Assembly: GCA_016934055.1 (NCBI GenBank)
Contig: JAFGTR010000008.1
Span: 69,435 to 133,434 of the forward strand
Direction of reading: 5' to 3'
DNA from: Bacteroidales bacterium
GTDB taxonomy: Bacteria > Bacteroidota > Bacteroidia > Bacteroidales > UBA10428
Length of the DNA: 64,000 bases
Shown here: positions 1-8,498 of the stretch, one piece after another
Position numbering within the stretch: the first letter of the stretch is position 1
Layout of the letters: each line of letters begins with the position of its first letter
Notes under the pieces: generated by a model
Told to the model about the DNA's origin: nothing
The model's database searches: none
What the model saw: the letters and a program-made list of their open reading frames with translations, nothing else
Translations under genes and position numbers: made by a program

Positions 1-203
1 GGAACTCCCTGTATCTGAAAACGGACGGCAATTTCAGGATTTTGATCCACATCAATTTTTATAACCCGCACCTTTTCACCCAACTCAGCCGCAACATCCT
101 TTAAAACAGGCGACTGATACTTGCATGGAGCGCACCAGGGAGCATGAAAATCGACCACAACGGGCCTGGAATCCCGAATGATCGAGTCAAAATTCCCTTT
201 CAT
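1..203 (-). CDS. Thioredoxin (N-terminal part only; the gene runs off the window edge)
   Basis: Reverse translation from the ATG at 203 gives MKGNFDSIIRDSRPVVVDFHAPWCAPCKYQSPVLKDVAAELGEKVRVIKIDVDQNPEIAVRFQIQGV, with the canonical WCAPC active site. It is absent from the ORF track because it is truncated. Confidence 0.85.
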   Translation of the reverse strand, partial: MKGNFDSIIRDSRPVVVDFHAPWCAPCKYQSPVLKDVAAELGEKVRVIKIDVDQNPEIAVRFQIQGV

Positions 204-211
204 AATCAACT

Positions 212-499
212 TCAGATTTTTTCGGTTTCCACAATCTTGGCCAATAGGTCAGCATAGGGAAGAATCAGGTATTTCCGGCCTTCAAATTCTACTTCAGTTC
301 CACTGAAAGGTTTAAACAACACACTATCACCTGGTTTCACTTCAGCACCTTCAATTGTACTCATCCATACGATCGGTGCAATTTTGGGTTTTTCCCTGGC
401 CGTATCGGGAATAATGATCCCTGAAACAGTACGTTTTTCCTGGTTTGATTCTGAAATATCCAGTACAACTTGTTGATTAATTGGCTGTAATTCTTTCAT
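212..499 (-). CDS. groES: GroES/Cpn10-like co-chaperonin (orphan copy, no adjacent groEL)
   Basis: Within ORF 212..580, the internal start MKELQPINQQVVLDISESNQEKRTVSGIIIPDTAREKPK...GDSVLFKPFSGTEVEFEGRKYLILPYADLLAKI matches the Cpn10 layout (mobile loop TxSGIIIPD, GD.V.F, IL). The 27 aa upstream of this start look spurious. Confidence 0.7.
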   Translation of the reverse strand: MKELQPINQQVVLDISESNQEKRTVSGIIIPDTAREKPKIAPIVWMSTIEGAEVKPGDSVLFKPFSGTEVEFEGRKYLILPYADLLAKIVETEKI

Positions 500-530
500 T
501 GATGATTTTTTTAAAACTATGATTACAAAT

Positions 531-1109
531 TTATGTAATTTCCAACAGTTCTTTAAGTTTTGGCTGATCAAAACCCACAACGATCTGACCGTTTATCTCA
601 GTCTGCGGAACTCCCTGCTGACCTGTCCTTTGCACCAGCTCTGCCGCTGCCCTTTCATCCCTTGAAACATCAATATCGGAAAATGGTATTCCATTTTTCC
701 TTAACCATGCTTTAAGAGTATTGCACCAACTGCAGCCTGGCGCGGAATAAACGGTTACCCGCTTGAGAGTCTTTCCTTCTGCCTTTGCTTTTGCCTGATA
801 AAATGCACTGTCGATAAGGGTTTTGTAAAAAAGCGCATCATGGCATCCTTTAACCGTATTGATATATTGCCCATTCTCAAAAACAAGCAATGAGGGTACA
901 GTATCTATTCCAAACTGCGTATGAATATCCCGCACTTCATTGACATCGGCAATATACACGGGAACTCCGTTTTTATCTTTGACCGCTATTCCAAGGTTGT
1001 CATAAGCACAATTGCTCTGCTGGCTTGCAGATTTATACAACAACAAAAAGGATTTATCAGCTCCTTCTATTTTCTGCATTAAATCAACATAAGATTTTAC
1101 ACTATCCAT
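531..1109 (-). CDS. Thioredoxin-like domain fused to a glutaredoxin/NrdH-like domain
   Basis: The C-terminal half, VTVYSAPGCSWCNTLKAWLRKNGIPFSDIDVSRD...GVPQTEINGQIVVGF, is a typical Grx fold with CxxC. The N-terminal half is Trx-like but has only one Cys (SNC). The start overlaps the stop of the upstream gene by 1 nt. Confidence 0.75.
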   Translation of the reverse strand: MDSVKSYVDLMQKIEGADKSFLLLYKSASQQSNCAYDNLGIAVKDKNGVPVYIADVNEVRDIHTQFGIDTVPSLLVFENGQYINTVKGCHDALFYKTLIDSAFYQAKAKAEGKTLKRVTVYSAPGCSWCNTLKAWLRKNGIPFSDIDVSRDERAAAELVQRTGQQGVPQTEINGQIVVGFDQPKLKELLEIT

Positions 1110-1528
1110 TATCGTATATTGTTAATCTGCTTCATTAAAAATTCTTTATTCTTAATCCCTACAAAACGGTTCATTTCTTTTCCATTTTTAAAAAGGACCA
1201 TTGTGGGAATGCTCCGGATATTGTATTGTTGGGCCAGAACCTGGTATTTTTCAATATCCACCTTGCCCACATAAAAATTACCGGTTAATTCTCCGGCTAA
1301 CTCGTTCAGCACGGGAGCCATCATCCGGCAAGGCGCACACCATCCGGCCCAGAAGTCAACCAGAACAATTTTATTTTTTGTCTGATGATTAAAATTCTTA
1401 TCGGTAAGCATGAGTATTTTTTCATGATCGGCAACAAGCGGTATGTTCTTCATCCTTGCACGTGCCACAAAAAAGAGCAATGCCAACCCGACTAATATAA
1501 AGCCGATTATGATGATTGCTGTTTGCAT
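1109..1528 (-). CDS. Membrane-anchored thioredoxin
   Basis: MQTAIIIIGFILVGLALLFFVARA forms a TM anchor, followed by VLVDFWAGWCAPCRMMAPVLNELA (WCAPC). I chose the start at 1528, immediately after the trxB stop at 1530. The longer track ORF would overlap trxB. Confidence 0.8.
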   Translation of the reverse strand: MQTAIIIIGFILVGLALLFFVARARMKNIPLVADHEKILMLTDKNFNHQTKNKIVLVDFWAGWCAPCRMMAPVLNELAGELTGNFYVGKVDIEKYQVLAQQYNIRSIPTMVLFKNGKEMNRFVGIKNKEFLMKQINNIR

Positions 1529-1529
1529 G

Positions 1530-2501
1530 TTATACAGTAAGGATTTGTTTATGTTTTGATTTGAGTTCATGGATATAATGTGATGCTGCAAGGGCAGCTA
1601 TGGTGCCATCTCCAACTGCCGTTGTAACCTGGCGGTAACGCTTTGCTATACTGTCACCGGCAGCATATACCCCTTTAATTTGCGTCGACATATCCGCTGC
1701 AACTTCAATTTCACCCCAGGAATTCAAAGTTAAAATATTTTTTAAAAACTCCGTATTGGGTACGTAACCAATGAAAACAAAAACACCTTCAGTTTTAAAA
1801 TTGAGGGTCTTACCCGTTTTAAGGTTTTTTATATCCACGCTTTCAATACGCTCATCTCCATAAAAATTCTTAATTTCCGATTCCATGATATAGTGAATTT
1901 TCGGGTTATTCCGGGCCTCTTCCACAGCATATTCAAAAGCCTGAAAATGATCAAACTGATGAACAATAGTTACTTTCCCGGCATATCGGGTCAGGGATAC
2001 CGCTTCTTCAAGGGCTGAATTTCCACCCCACACTACAACGATTTCCTTACCGGTAAAGAAATCGCCGTCACAGGTTGCACAATAGGAAACACCCCTGCCC
2101 TTGAATTTGTCCTCACCGGGAACGCCCAGGGTACGCGGCCGGCCACCGGGCGTAAGAACAATACTGTGAGCAGTATAAATATGGCCATCGGAAAGCACAA
2201 GACTTTTTAACTCACCATCAAGATCCAGACGGGTTATGGAAATATTTGACTTTATATCACATCCGAAAGTCAGAGCCTGTTTTTTCATGATCATGGCAAG
2301 CTGATAGCCGTTGATGCTTTCAACACCTGGATAGTTGGCTATTTCATGGGTTAGCACCAGTTGTCCGCCCACCGTTCCCTCATTCACGATCAGGGTTTTC
2401 AGCTTCGCCCGTGAAAGATAGATACCGGCAGTCAATCCCGCCGGTCCTGCTCCAATGACGATTGCGTCGTAATGTTGAGAAGAATTCATTCTTTTATGCA
2501 A
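1530..2501 (-). CDS. trxB: Thioredoxin-disulfide reductase
   Basis: 323 aa. It has the FAD motif VIGAGPAGLTAG, the redox-active CATCDG, an NADPH motif region (VVVWGGNSALEEA) and a C-terminal GDS..YRQVTTAVGDG. Confidence 0.92.
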   Translation of the reverse strand: MHKRMNSSQHYDAIVIGAGPAGLTAGIYLSRAKLKTLIVNEGTVGGQLVLTHEIANYPGVESINGYQLAMIMKKQALTFGCDIKSNISITRLDLDGELKSLVLSDGHIYTAHSIVLTPGGRPRTLGVPGEDKFKGRGVSYCATCDGDFFTGKEIVVVWGGNSALEEAVSLTRYAGKVTIVHQFDHFQAFEYAVEEARNNPKIHYIMESEIKNFYGDERIESVDIKNLKTGKTLNFKTEGVFVFIGYVPNTEFLKNILTLNSWGEIEVAADMSTQIKGVYAAGDSIAKRYRQVTTAVGDGTIAALAASHYIHELKSKHKQILTV

Positions 2502-2850
2502 TTACAGGCACTGCAAATTCTTTGTCCAGAATGGCTTTAACCTGTTCCCTGGTTTGAATACTCGATGTAGCCTTCACCACCTTGCCGCTCTTATAATAAA
2601 CAGTAAACGGGATCCCCATGAATCCGCGTACCTCCGGCAAACTCCGTATCACGTATGCTCCGGGATTGTCAAATTCCATGTCATAGAACTTCACGTGCTT
2701 ATACTCTTTTTCGAGCTCTTCAGCAATGTCATATACCGGTATGCACATGGGACCCATGCGTCCGCATATCACCATGACGTTTTCATTTTCACTGATTATT
2801 TTTGCATGTTCATCAGCGGTTTCGATGTGTTTTAAATTTGTGTACAACAT
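2494..2850 (-). CDS. Thioredoxin-fold protein with an atypical CGRMGPMC (C-x6-C) site
   Basis: 118 aa with Trx-like topology (VMVICGRMGPMC...GIPFTVYYKSGKVV). It overlaps the trxB start by 8 nt and is the first gene of the minus-strand redox operon. Confidence 0.65.
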   Translation of the reverse strand: MLYTNLKHIETADEHAKIISENENVMVICGRMGPMCIPVYDIAEELEKEYKHVKFYDMEFDNPGAYVIRSLPEVRGFMGIPFTVYYKSGKVVKATSSIQTREQVKAILDKEFAVPVIA

Positions 2851-2962
2851 GACTTTTCGTTTTTAGAATTGATGATACAAAATTACCATGAGCAACAATT
2901 TGTTCAAAGCCATTCACATCGTTATGCAACAACCGTCGAATTGAAATTGAACAGGTTTTTTA

Positions 2963-3093
2963 TTGACACTGATCGTACCCTTGAAGTAAACCTGACAGTG
3001 TCTTTAAGACCTGTCAGTGTTTCATTAAAGTATATGTATGGAAATTATTGTTTTCAACCTCAGACATTGACAGGTTTTTCAAACACTGTCAGG
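2963..3093. promoter_or_regulatory. Array of TGACAG/CTGTCA motifs and an FNR-like half-palindrome in the divergent trx/crp intergenic region
   Basis: The elements are ttgacactgatcg (2963..2975), cctgacagtg (2991..3000), cctgtcagtg (3010..3019), ttgacagg (3067..3074) and cactgtcagg (3084..3093). The last is the exact reverse complement of 2991..3000. Confidence 0.45.
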
Positions 3094-3230
3094 TATTTAT
3101 TCCTGTCTTAAAATGAAACCGTATTAAACTGTATTAAATTTGGTATTTTTGAATGCTCAATTGTTCCGGATAATCTGTATGAACAAAATCTGTAGCAGTA
3201 TATGAACTAAACATTATAGAATATCAACCA

Positions 3231-3926
3231 TTGAAAACCATACTTGAAACCGACCGGGAGTATATCTGCAACATCCAGGCGCCCTGTTTTCAGATGCTGA
3301 CAACGGAAGAAACTGAACTGATAAGGGCCAGTAAAACCCAGGTTCTTTTCCGACGTGATGACAATCTCACCAAACAGGGAGCTTTTGCTTCCTATGTATT
3401 GTTCATCATTACAGGTCTGGCCAAGCAATACCTTGAAGGTGACGGGATGAAGAATTTCAACCTGAGGATTATCAGGCCTGGTGAGTTTGTAGGACTTTCT
3501 GCAGTTTTTACAGAGAATATCTTTAATTATTCTTCCATAGCACTTACAGACTGCCAGGTTTTTCTGGTTGAAAAAGAAGCTATTGCCAAGGTGATAAAAC
3601 AAAACGGAATGTTCGGATACAACATAATCAAAACATATTGTGAACAAAATGCTGCTTTGTTTAACACCATCAGCAACCTTAACTATAAGCAAATGAACGG
3701 GAGGATGGCTGATACCTTATTATATATAGAAAGCCTCAAATCTGAAAACGCCGCTATTTTTCAACTGCTTTCCCGAAAAGACATTGCAGAATTTGCAGGT
3801 GTTTCAACCGAAAGCGCTGTGAAACTGCTCAAAAGTTTCGAAAAGGACGGATTGATCAGGCTGGATGATAAAGATATTACCTTGTTGAATCATAATGCTT
3901 TGCGTGAATTAAGCAGAAAGGGGTGA
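3231..3926 (+). CDS. Crp/Fnr family transcriptional regulator
   Basis: 231 aa with a cNMP-binding-like beta-roll (FRRDDNLTKQGAFASYVLFIITGLAK...IIRPGEFVG) and a C-terminal HTH (LSRKDIAEFAGVSTESAVKLLKSFEKDGLI). It has a TTG start and is divergent from the thioredoxin operon. Confidence 0.85.
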   Translation: MKTILETDREYICNIQAPCFQMLTTEETELIRASKTQVLFRRDDNLTKQGAFASYVLFIITGLAKQYLEGDGMKNFNLRIIRPGEFVGLSAVFTENIFNYSSIALTDCQVFLVEKEAIAKVIKQNGMFGYNIIKTYCEQNAALFNTISNLNYKQMNGRMADTLLYIESLKSENAAIFQLLSRKDIAEFAGVSTESAVKLLKSFEKDGLIRLDDKDITLLNHNALRELSRKG

Positions 3927-3933
3927 GGGAAAG

Positions 3934-4017
3934 GGTAACCGGTAAATGGTAAACGGTGAACTTTGAACGGTAAACGGTAAACAGTGATCAGTGCATAGTG
4001 AAAAACGAAAAGTGATG
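3934..4017. repeat. About 12 tandem degenerate heptamers (GGTAAAC-like)
   Basis: The units read ggtaacc ggtaaat ggtaaac ggtgaac tttgaac ggtaaac ggtaaac agtgatc agtgcat agtgaaa aacgaaa agtgatg. The array starts 8 nt after the crp/fnr stop. Confidence 0.8.
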
Positions 4018-4156
4018 GAATAGCTTTTTAACAGTTTAGCATTTTATAGCTGTTCAGGAGTTAAAAAATATTGAACTTTTATATGCGTATTCCTAAATAC
4101 CTAAACCGCTAAATCCCCGACTGCACGAATACACGACTGCAAAACTATTACATCCC

Positions 4157-4248
4157 CAAACCTGCATGCCGTAGCGGCAGCTCAGGCAGGTCACCAAATC
4201 ACCAAACCTGCCTGCCGTAGCGGCAGCTCAGGCAGGTCACCAAATCAC
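4157..4248. repeat. Two abutting 46-bp direct repeats, each containing a hairpin
   Basis: The unit caaacctgc(a/c)tgccgtagcggcagctcaggcaggtcaccaaatcac occurs at 4157..4202 and 4203..4248 with 1 mismatch. The internal stems are ctgccg-tag-cggcag and an outer cctg..cagg. Confidence 0.9.
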
Positions 4249-4259
4249 CACATAAAAAA

Positions 4260-4285
4260 GGTAGGGTAAAAATATTTTGCTGCGG
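4260..4285 (+). promoter_or_regulatory. Conserved box GGTAGGGTAAAA-N9-TGCGG (copy 1), a candidate ECF-type promoter
   Basis: The same box with the same 9-nt spacing recurs at 8473..8498. Both lie 63-69 nt upstream of a start codon (4348 and 8567) and are embedded in about 50 nt of similarity (aatcacca..ataaaaa..ggtagggtaaaa). Confidence 0.45.
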
Positions 4286-4347
4286 ATTAAGAATAACTAA
4301 CTTTATAACCGAAATGTTATTAAGTTGGTTACAAAGTTCTTAAAACA

Positions 4348-4833
4348 TTGACAAAGGAAGAATTCAAGTTATTATTTGACTCGTATTTCGATGCTGTGCG
4401 CAGTTACCTGTTTTACCGCGGCGCCGATAAGGAACAGGCTTCGGATCTAGCCCAGGATGTGTTTATGCGGATTTGGAAAAAACAAATGAATGTGGATCAG
4501 AAGAAGGCGCTCAGGCTTTTGTACAAGATGGCCGGCGATATGTTCGTGAGCCATTACAGGCGGAAAACACTGGAAATGAATTATATGAATTCTTTGAAGA
4601 ACGACAGGGCTGAAGACTCTCCCGAAGATCAGCTGCAGTATAATGAATTGAAAGAAAAATATGCAAAAGCGCTTGCGGATCTGGGGGAGAAACAACGTAC
4701 TGTTTTTCTGATGGCCCGTATGGAAGGGCTGAAATACCATGAAATAGCGGAACGGCTGAATTTAAGCGTGAAAGCAGTGGAGAAAAGAATGAGTATTGCC
4801 CTTGATTTTTTTAAAAAAGCATTGAAGGAATAA
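4348..4833 (+). CDS. ECF (sigma-70 family) RNA polymerase sigma factor, FecI-like
   Basis: 161 aa. It has region 2 (DLAQDVFMRIWKK) and region 4 (EKQRTVFLMARMEGLKYHEIAERLNLSVKAVEKRMSIAL). The apparent start is TTG. A FecR-like gene follows immediately. Confidence 0.88.
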   Translation: MTKEEFKLLFDSYFDAVRSYLFYRGADKEQASDLAQDVFMRIWKKQMNVDQKKALRLLYKMAGDMFVSHYRRKTLEMNYMNSLKNDRAEDSPEDQLQYNELKEKYAKALADLGEKQRTVFLMARMEGLKYHEIAERLNLSVKAVEKRMSIALDFFKKALKE

Positions 4834-4837
4834 ATAA

Positions 4838-5710
4838 ATGACCGAAAGAAAACAACATAGCAAATCCAAGGCTGAACTTTCTGAAAAGACAACGGAAATG
4901 ATTGCAGGAATTCACATAGCATGGAGCAAGAGCAAGGAAGAGATATGGACTCAGCTGGAGCAAAGGATTGAAGCAAAACAACCGGCAGGAAAAACCGTTG
5001 TCATGGGTTACAGGGCCTGGCTGGCTGTAGCGGCTACTGTTATACTACTGGCAGGAATTGCTGTAATTATGCAGGTTTATACCAAAACGACCAGGGTACC
5101 AGCCGGAAAACACAGCAGTATACTCCTGCCCGATGGCACACACATTCAATTAAATGCACAATCTTCGGTAACATACAAACCCCTCTTATGGAATTTCTCA
5201 AGAAAACTCAGGTTTGAGGGTGAAGCATACTTTGAAGTGGAACCCGGAAGAAAATTCGAAGTCATCTCGGAATACGGAAAAACAACCGTACTGGGAACCA
5301 GTTTTAACATATATGCCAGGAATAAGAATTACCTGGTAACATGTGTTACGGGCAGGGTCATGGTTACAGAAACGCAAAATAATAAAACAGCTGTTCTGTA
5401 TACAGGCCAGAAGGCAGTATTAAAAAGCGACGGATCACTTAATGTATTTTCGGGCGTAAATACAGAACACTCTATTTCATGGATAAATAATATGTTAAGC
5501 TTTACATCGACGCCTTTATCCCTGGTTTTTGAAGAGATCGGCAGACAATATGACGTTGTGATCCGGTTTCCTGGAAACCTGAACAATACCTATACGGGAA
5601 CATTCAAAAAAAGTGTTGAGATTGAGAACTCCCTGAAAGTTGTTTGCAGGCCCTTTAACCTGTCATTTACCCGAATATCAAAAAATGAATATATTGTTAC
5701 CAGTAAATAA
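4838..5710 (+). CDS. FecR family anti-sigma factor / transmembrane sensor
   Basis: 290 aa with one central TM (AWLAVAATVILLAGIAVIM) and a FecR-type periplasmic domain (LPDGTHIQLNAQSSVTY...FEGEAYFEV...F.V....TTVLGTSFNI). Confidence 0.85.
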   Translation: MTERKQHSKSKAELSEKTTEMIAGIHIAWSKSKEEIWTQLEQRIEAKQPAGKTVVMGYRAWLAVAATVILLAGIAVIMQVYTKTTRVPAGKHSSILLPDGTHIQLNAQSSVTYKPLLWNFSRKLRFEGEAYFEVEPGRKFEVISEYGKTTVLGTSFNIYARNKNYLVTCVTGRVMVTETQNNKTAVLYTGQKAVLKSDGSLNVFSGVNTEHSISWINNMLSFTSTPLSLVFEEIGRQYDVVIRFPGNLNNTYTGTFKKSVEIENSLKVVCRPFNLSFTRISKNEYIVTSK

Positions 5711-8246
5711 TAAGAATCTTAATTACAAAATATTTTTATCCCTGATTTTTCTGCAAATAACCGCAAATATTTTTTCGCAGGAGATCAGGATTAATTGTTC
5801 CGACAAACCTTTGAATGAAATTCTCATCACTTTACGTGATGACTACAAAGTGATGTTATCCTTTGATGACAAGCATTTATCAACCTATAAGCTCACTCTG
5901 AACAGAAGATTCTCCTCCCCGGAACAGGCTTTTGATTTTCTGATCAGAGGTTTGCCACTGGCCTATGAGATTAATGAAGGCGTAACAGTTTTTTATACAG
6001 TTCAGCCTCCGGAACAAAGAAAAGAATATGTCATTGCCGGAAAGATATCTGACGCAGTCAGTCATGAAACACTGCCCTTTTCGGCAATTCTCATCAACCG
6101 GTCGGGATTGATTTCCGATGCAAAAGGCAATTTTGCCTACACTTCAACAACTGACAGTGTATTCTCCGTTATTATTTCATATCTCGGCTATTATATACTT
6201 GATACAATTGTAGGTTATGGTTCGCATCATAATTTCAGACTGACACCTTCAGTCATTGCACTGGAAGAAATTGTGGTGATTGGCTCTGAGATTTCACACT
6301 CAATCCAGACAGGCATTTCACCGGGCATATCAAAATTAAACCATAAGGTAGCTTATTATTTACCCGGTAATGGTGATAATTCGATCTTTAACCTGTTAAG
6401 ACTCCAGCCGGGCATACTGGCTGCCGGTGAACAATCGGCCGATCTCATCATCCGGGGGAGTTACGAAGGGCAAAGCCAGATTATCTTCGATGGTTTTACC
6501 ATCTATGGAATGAAAAATTTCAATGATAACATCAGCGCTGTTAATCCCTACATGGCAAAAGACATAAAAGTGATGAAAGGCAGTTATGGCGCAGAATATG
6601 GGGAACGGGTCGGAAGTATTGTTGATATCACCGGAATGGACGGTAACCGTTTATCACCATCGGTGCAATTTAGTATTAACAATATGACGTTGAACGGAAA
6701 GGCCAGTGTCCCTTTCCGTAAACAATCATCTTTACTGATTGCGTACAGGCAAACATTTTACAATTTATACAGCCCTTACAAGTCAACCACTTCGGGAGGA
6801 GGTTTCGGAAGAGGATGGCAAAGCAACGGCGGGGCTGATTATTATGTCAATCCCGATTACGGATTCCGTGATATGAACCTGAAATATTCAGGAAGCGGAC
6901 GGAAAAGCAATTATTTTATCAGTCTTTACGGAGGTATGGACCACTTTTCCTATACATTTGAATATGAGGCCGGACGATTAAACACAACACTAAATCCCGG
7001 AGAGGAAAATCTTCAGCTGGGAGGAACAGCATTCTATGGTTTTAACTGGAAGAAAAAAAACACAAGCAATATAATCCTGAGTTATTCTTCACTTCATTCA
7101 GACAGGGAAAAAACGGAAGAGACTGAAAGAACTTCAGGACACACATTATATTCCAGCTCCTCACAACAGAATAATGTTTCAATCACTGAACTCAACAGCC
7201 GGACAGATAACAGACTTGTATTTTCCGAACAGCATACAGCCGATATCGGATTGGGATTGCTGTATTATTATAGCATGACCAGTGAACACGTGGATCAGAA
7301 TATAACAAATAATGAAAATACAAATCTTAAGATCCCTTATCTGTATCTCCAGGATAATATTACCTTATTAAAAAAGATTACTTTAAAGCCGGGTATCCGG
7401 GCAGATATTTACCTGCCACAACGGGGAGTTGAAGACCCTGTCGCAGTACCATCAAAGAAAATATTCTTCCAACCCCGTTTGTCGGCCAGGTATCGTATTG
7501 ATAATCATTTCAGTGTAAATGCTGCAGCCGGTGTTTACAATCAATTTGTGGCCAAAAACATGACCAATGATACAGCAGGAAATTACACAATGGATTGGTC
7601 ATTATGTGACGGCAACACTGTAAAAGTGCTTAATTCTCAAAGCTATACTCTGGGATGTTCGTATAACAACCATGGCTTTACAGCCAGTCTTGAAGGTTAT
7701 ATCAGGAATACGGGAGGAATTACACGTTACCTGAAAACCGGGGATATAACGACACCTTATGAGGGAGACGGTAAAACAAAGGGGCTGGACGTATTCATTA
7801 AGCAAGAATTTAAAAATCAGACTTTATGGATATCCTATACACTGAGTAAAACGGAAGAATATTTTACGTATTTCCCGTCAGATGAATACCTGCCCGCCAT
7901 GCATGATCAGCGGCACGAATTAAAACTGGCCGGCCTGGCCAGGATAAGATTCTTTCATTTTTCAGCCAATTATGTGTTTGGATCGGGCGTACCTGATCCC
8001 GGTAAGTTACCTGATGTTATTGATTATACCCGGCTTTACAACAGGCTTGATGTTGCAGCCATATTTAAATTCACCCGGAGAAAACTGCATATTGATGCGG
8101 GAATTTCTGTTATGAATGTTTTTAATACTGAGAATATACGATATTCCAATTATATCCGCATCCCTGCCGAAGATACCGAGACCATAAGCCTTTATACCGG
8201 GGCTGTACCTAGAACACCTGCGGTGTTTCTGAACATATATTATTAA
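5685..8246 (+). CDS. TonB-dependent receptor with N-terminal STN signalling domain and CarboxypepD_reg-like domain
   Basis: I chose the start MNILLPVNN. An STN-like segment (CSDKPLNEILITLRDDYKVMLSF...) follows the signal sequence. After it come a carboxypeptidase-regulatory-like segment (IAGKISDAVSHETLPFSAILI), a plug and a barrel. No SusD-like partner lies downstream. Confidence 0.82.
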   Translation: MNILLPVNNKNLNYKIFLSLIFLQITANIFSQEIRINCSDKPLNEILITLRDDYKVMLSFDDKHLSTYKLTLNRRFSSPEQAFDFLIRGLPLAYEINEGVTVFYTVQPPEQRKEYVIAGKISDAVSHETLPFSAILINRSGLISDAKGNFAYTSTTDSVFSVIISYLGYYILDTIVGYGSHHNFRLTPSVIALEEIVVIGSEISHSIQTGISPGISKLNHKVAYYLPGNGDNSIFNLLRLQPGILAAGEQSADLIIRGSYEGQSQIIFDGFTIYGMKNFNDNISAVNPYMAKDIKVMKGSYGAEYGERVGSIVDITGMDGNRLSPSVQFSINNMTLNGKASVPFRKQSSLLIAYRQTFYNLYSPYKSTTSGGGFGRGWQSNGGADYYVNPDYGFRDMNLKYSGSGRKSNYFISLYGGMDHFSYTFEYEAGRLNTTLNPGEENLQLGGTAFYGFNWKKKNTSNIILSYSSLHSDREKTEETERTSGHTLYSSSSQQNNVSITELNSRTDNRLVFSEQHTADIGLGLLYYYSMTSEHVDQNITNNENTNLKIPYLYLQDNITLLKKITLKPGIRADIYLPQRGVEDPVAVPSKKIFFQPRLSARYRIDNHFSVNAAAGVYNQFVAKNMTNDTAGNYTMDWSLCDGNTVKVLNSQSYTLGCSYNNHGFTASLEGYIRNTGGITRYLKTGDITTPYEGDGKTKGLDVFIKQEFKNQTLWISYTLSKTEEYFTYFPSDEYLPAMHDQRHELKLAGLARIRFFHFSANYVFGSGVPDPGKLPDVIDYTRLYNRLDVAAIFKFTRRKLHIDAGISVMNVFNTENIRYSNYIRIPAEDTETISLYTGAVPRTPAVFLNIYY

Positions 8247-8472
8247 GGCTTTTTTTGTCAGAATTGGAATTTGTTTGCACTTAAAGCGTCAATAATTATA
8301 TCAACAAAAATCATCTGACAGTAATTCAATAAATTAATAAAATATTTAGAAGGCACAAGCGAATGCTTGCGCCAGTATAGGGGGACGCACAGTCATGGGG
8401 AAGCTAATTACTGGTTCAAGCGTCGGCTTGGACCTGATTATTACAATTCATCACCCAATCACCAAATAAAAA

Positions 8473-8498
8473 GGTAGGGTAAAACAAATTTCATGCGG
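8473..8498 (+). promoter_or_regulatory. Conserved box GGTAGGGTAAAA-N9-TGCGG (copy 2)
   Basis: See 4260..4285. The core and spacing are identical, and the box lies 69 nt upstream of the ATG at 8567. Confidence 0.45.

Noticed and set aside
212-580. Several track ORFs have N-terminal extensions: 212..580, 1109..1591, 5640.., 11291.., 17688..18143, 20250.., 24541..24933, 36870..37898, 40926..41300, 49622.., and 62087..63346.
   Set aside because: In each case an internal ATG gives a canonical N-terminus (a signal peptide or the family start). It also removes overlap with the upstream gene or with a regulatory palindrome.
2869-3111. An 80-aa plus-strand ORF lies in the trx/crp divergent region.
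   Set aside because: It has no recognisable motif. It is composed of the TGACAG/CTGTCA repeat array and is better explained as regulatory DNA.
4157-4248. I considered whether the 46-bp direct repeats form a CRISPR array.
   Set aside because: There are only two copies, they abut directly with no spacer, and no cas genes lie in the window.
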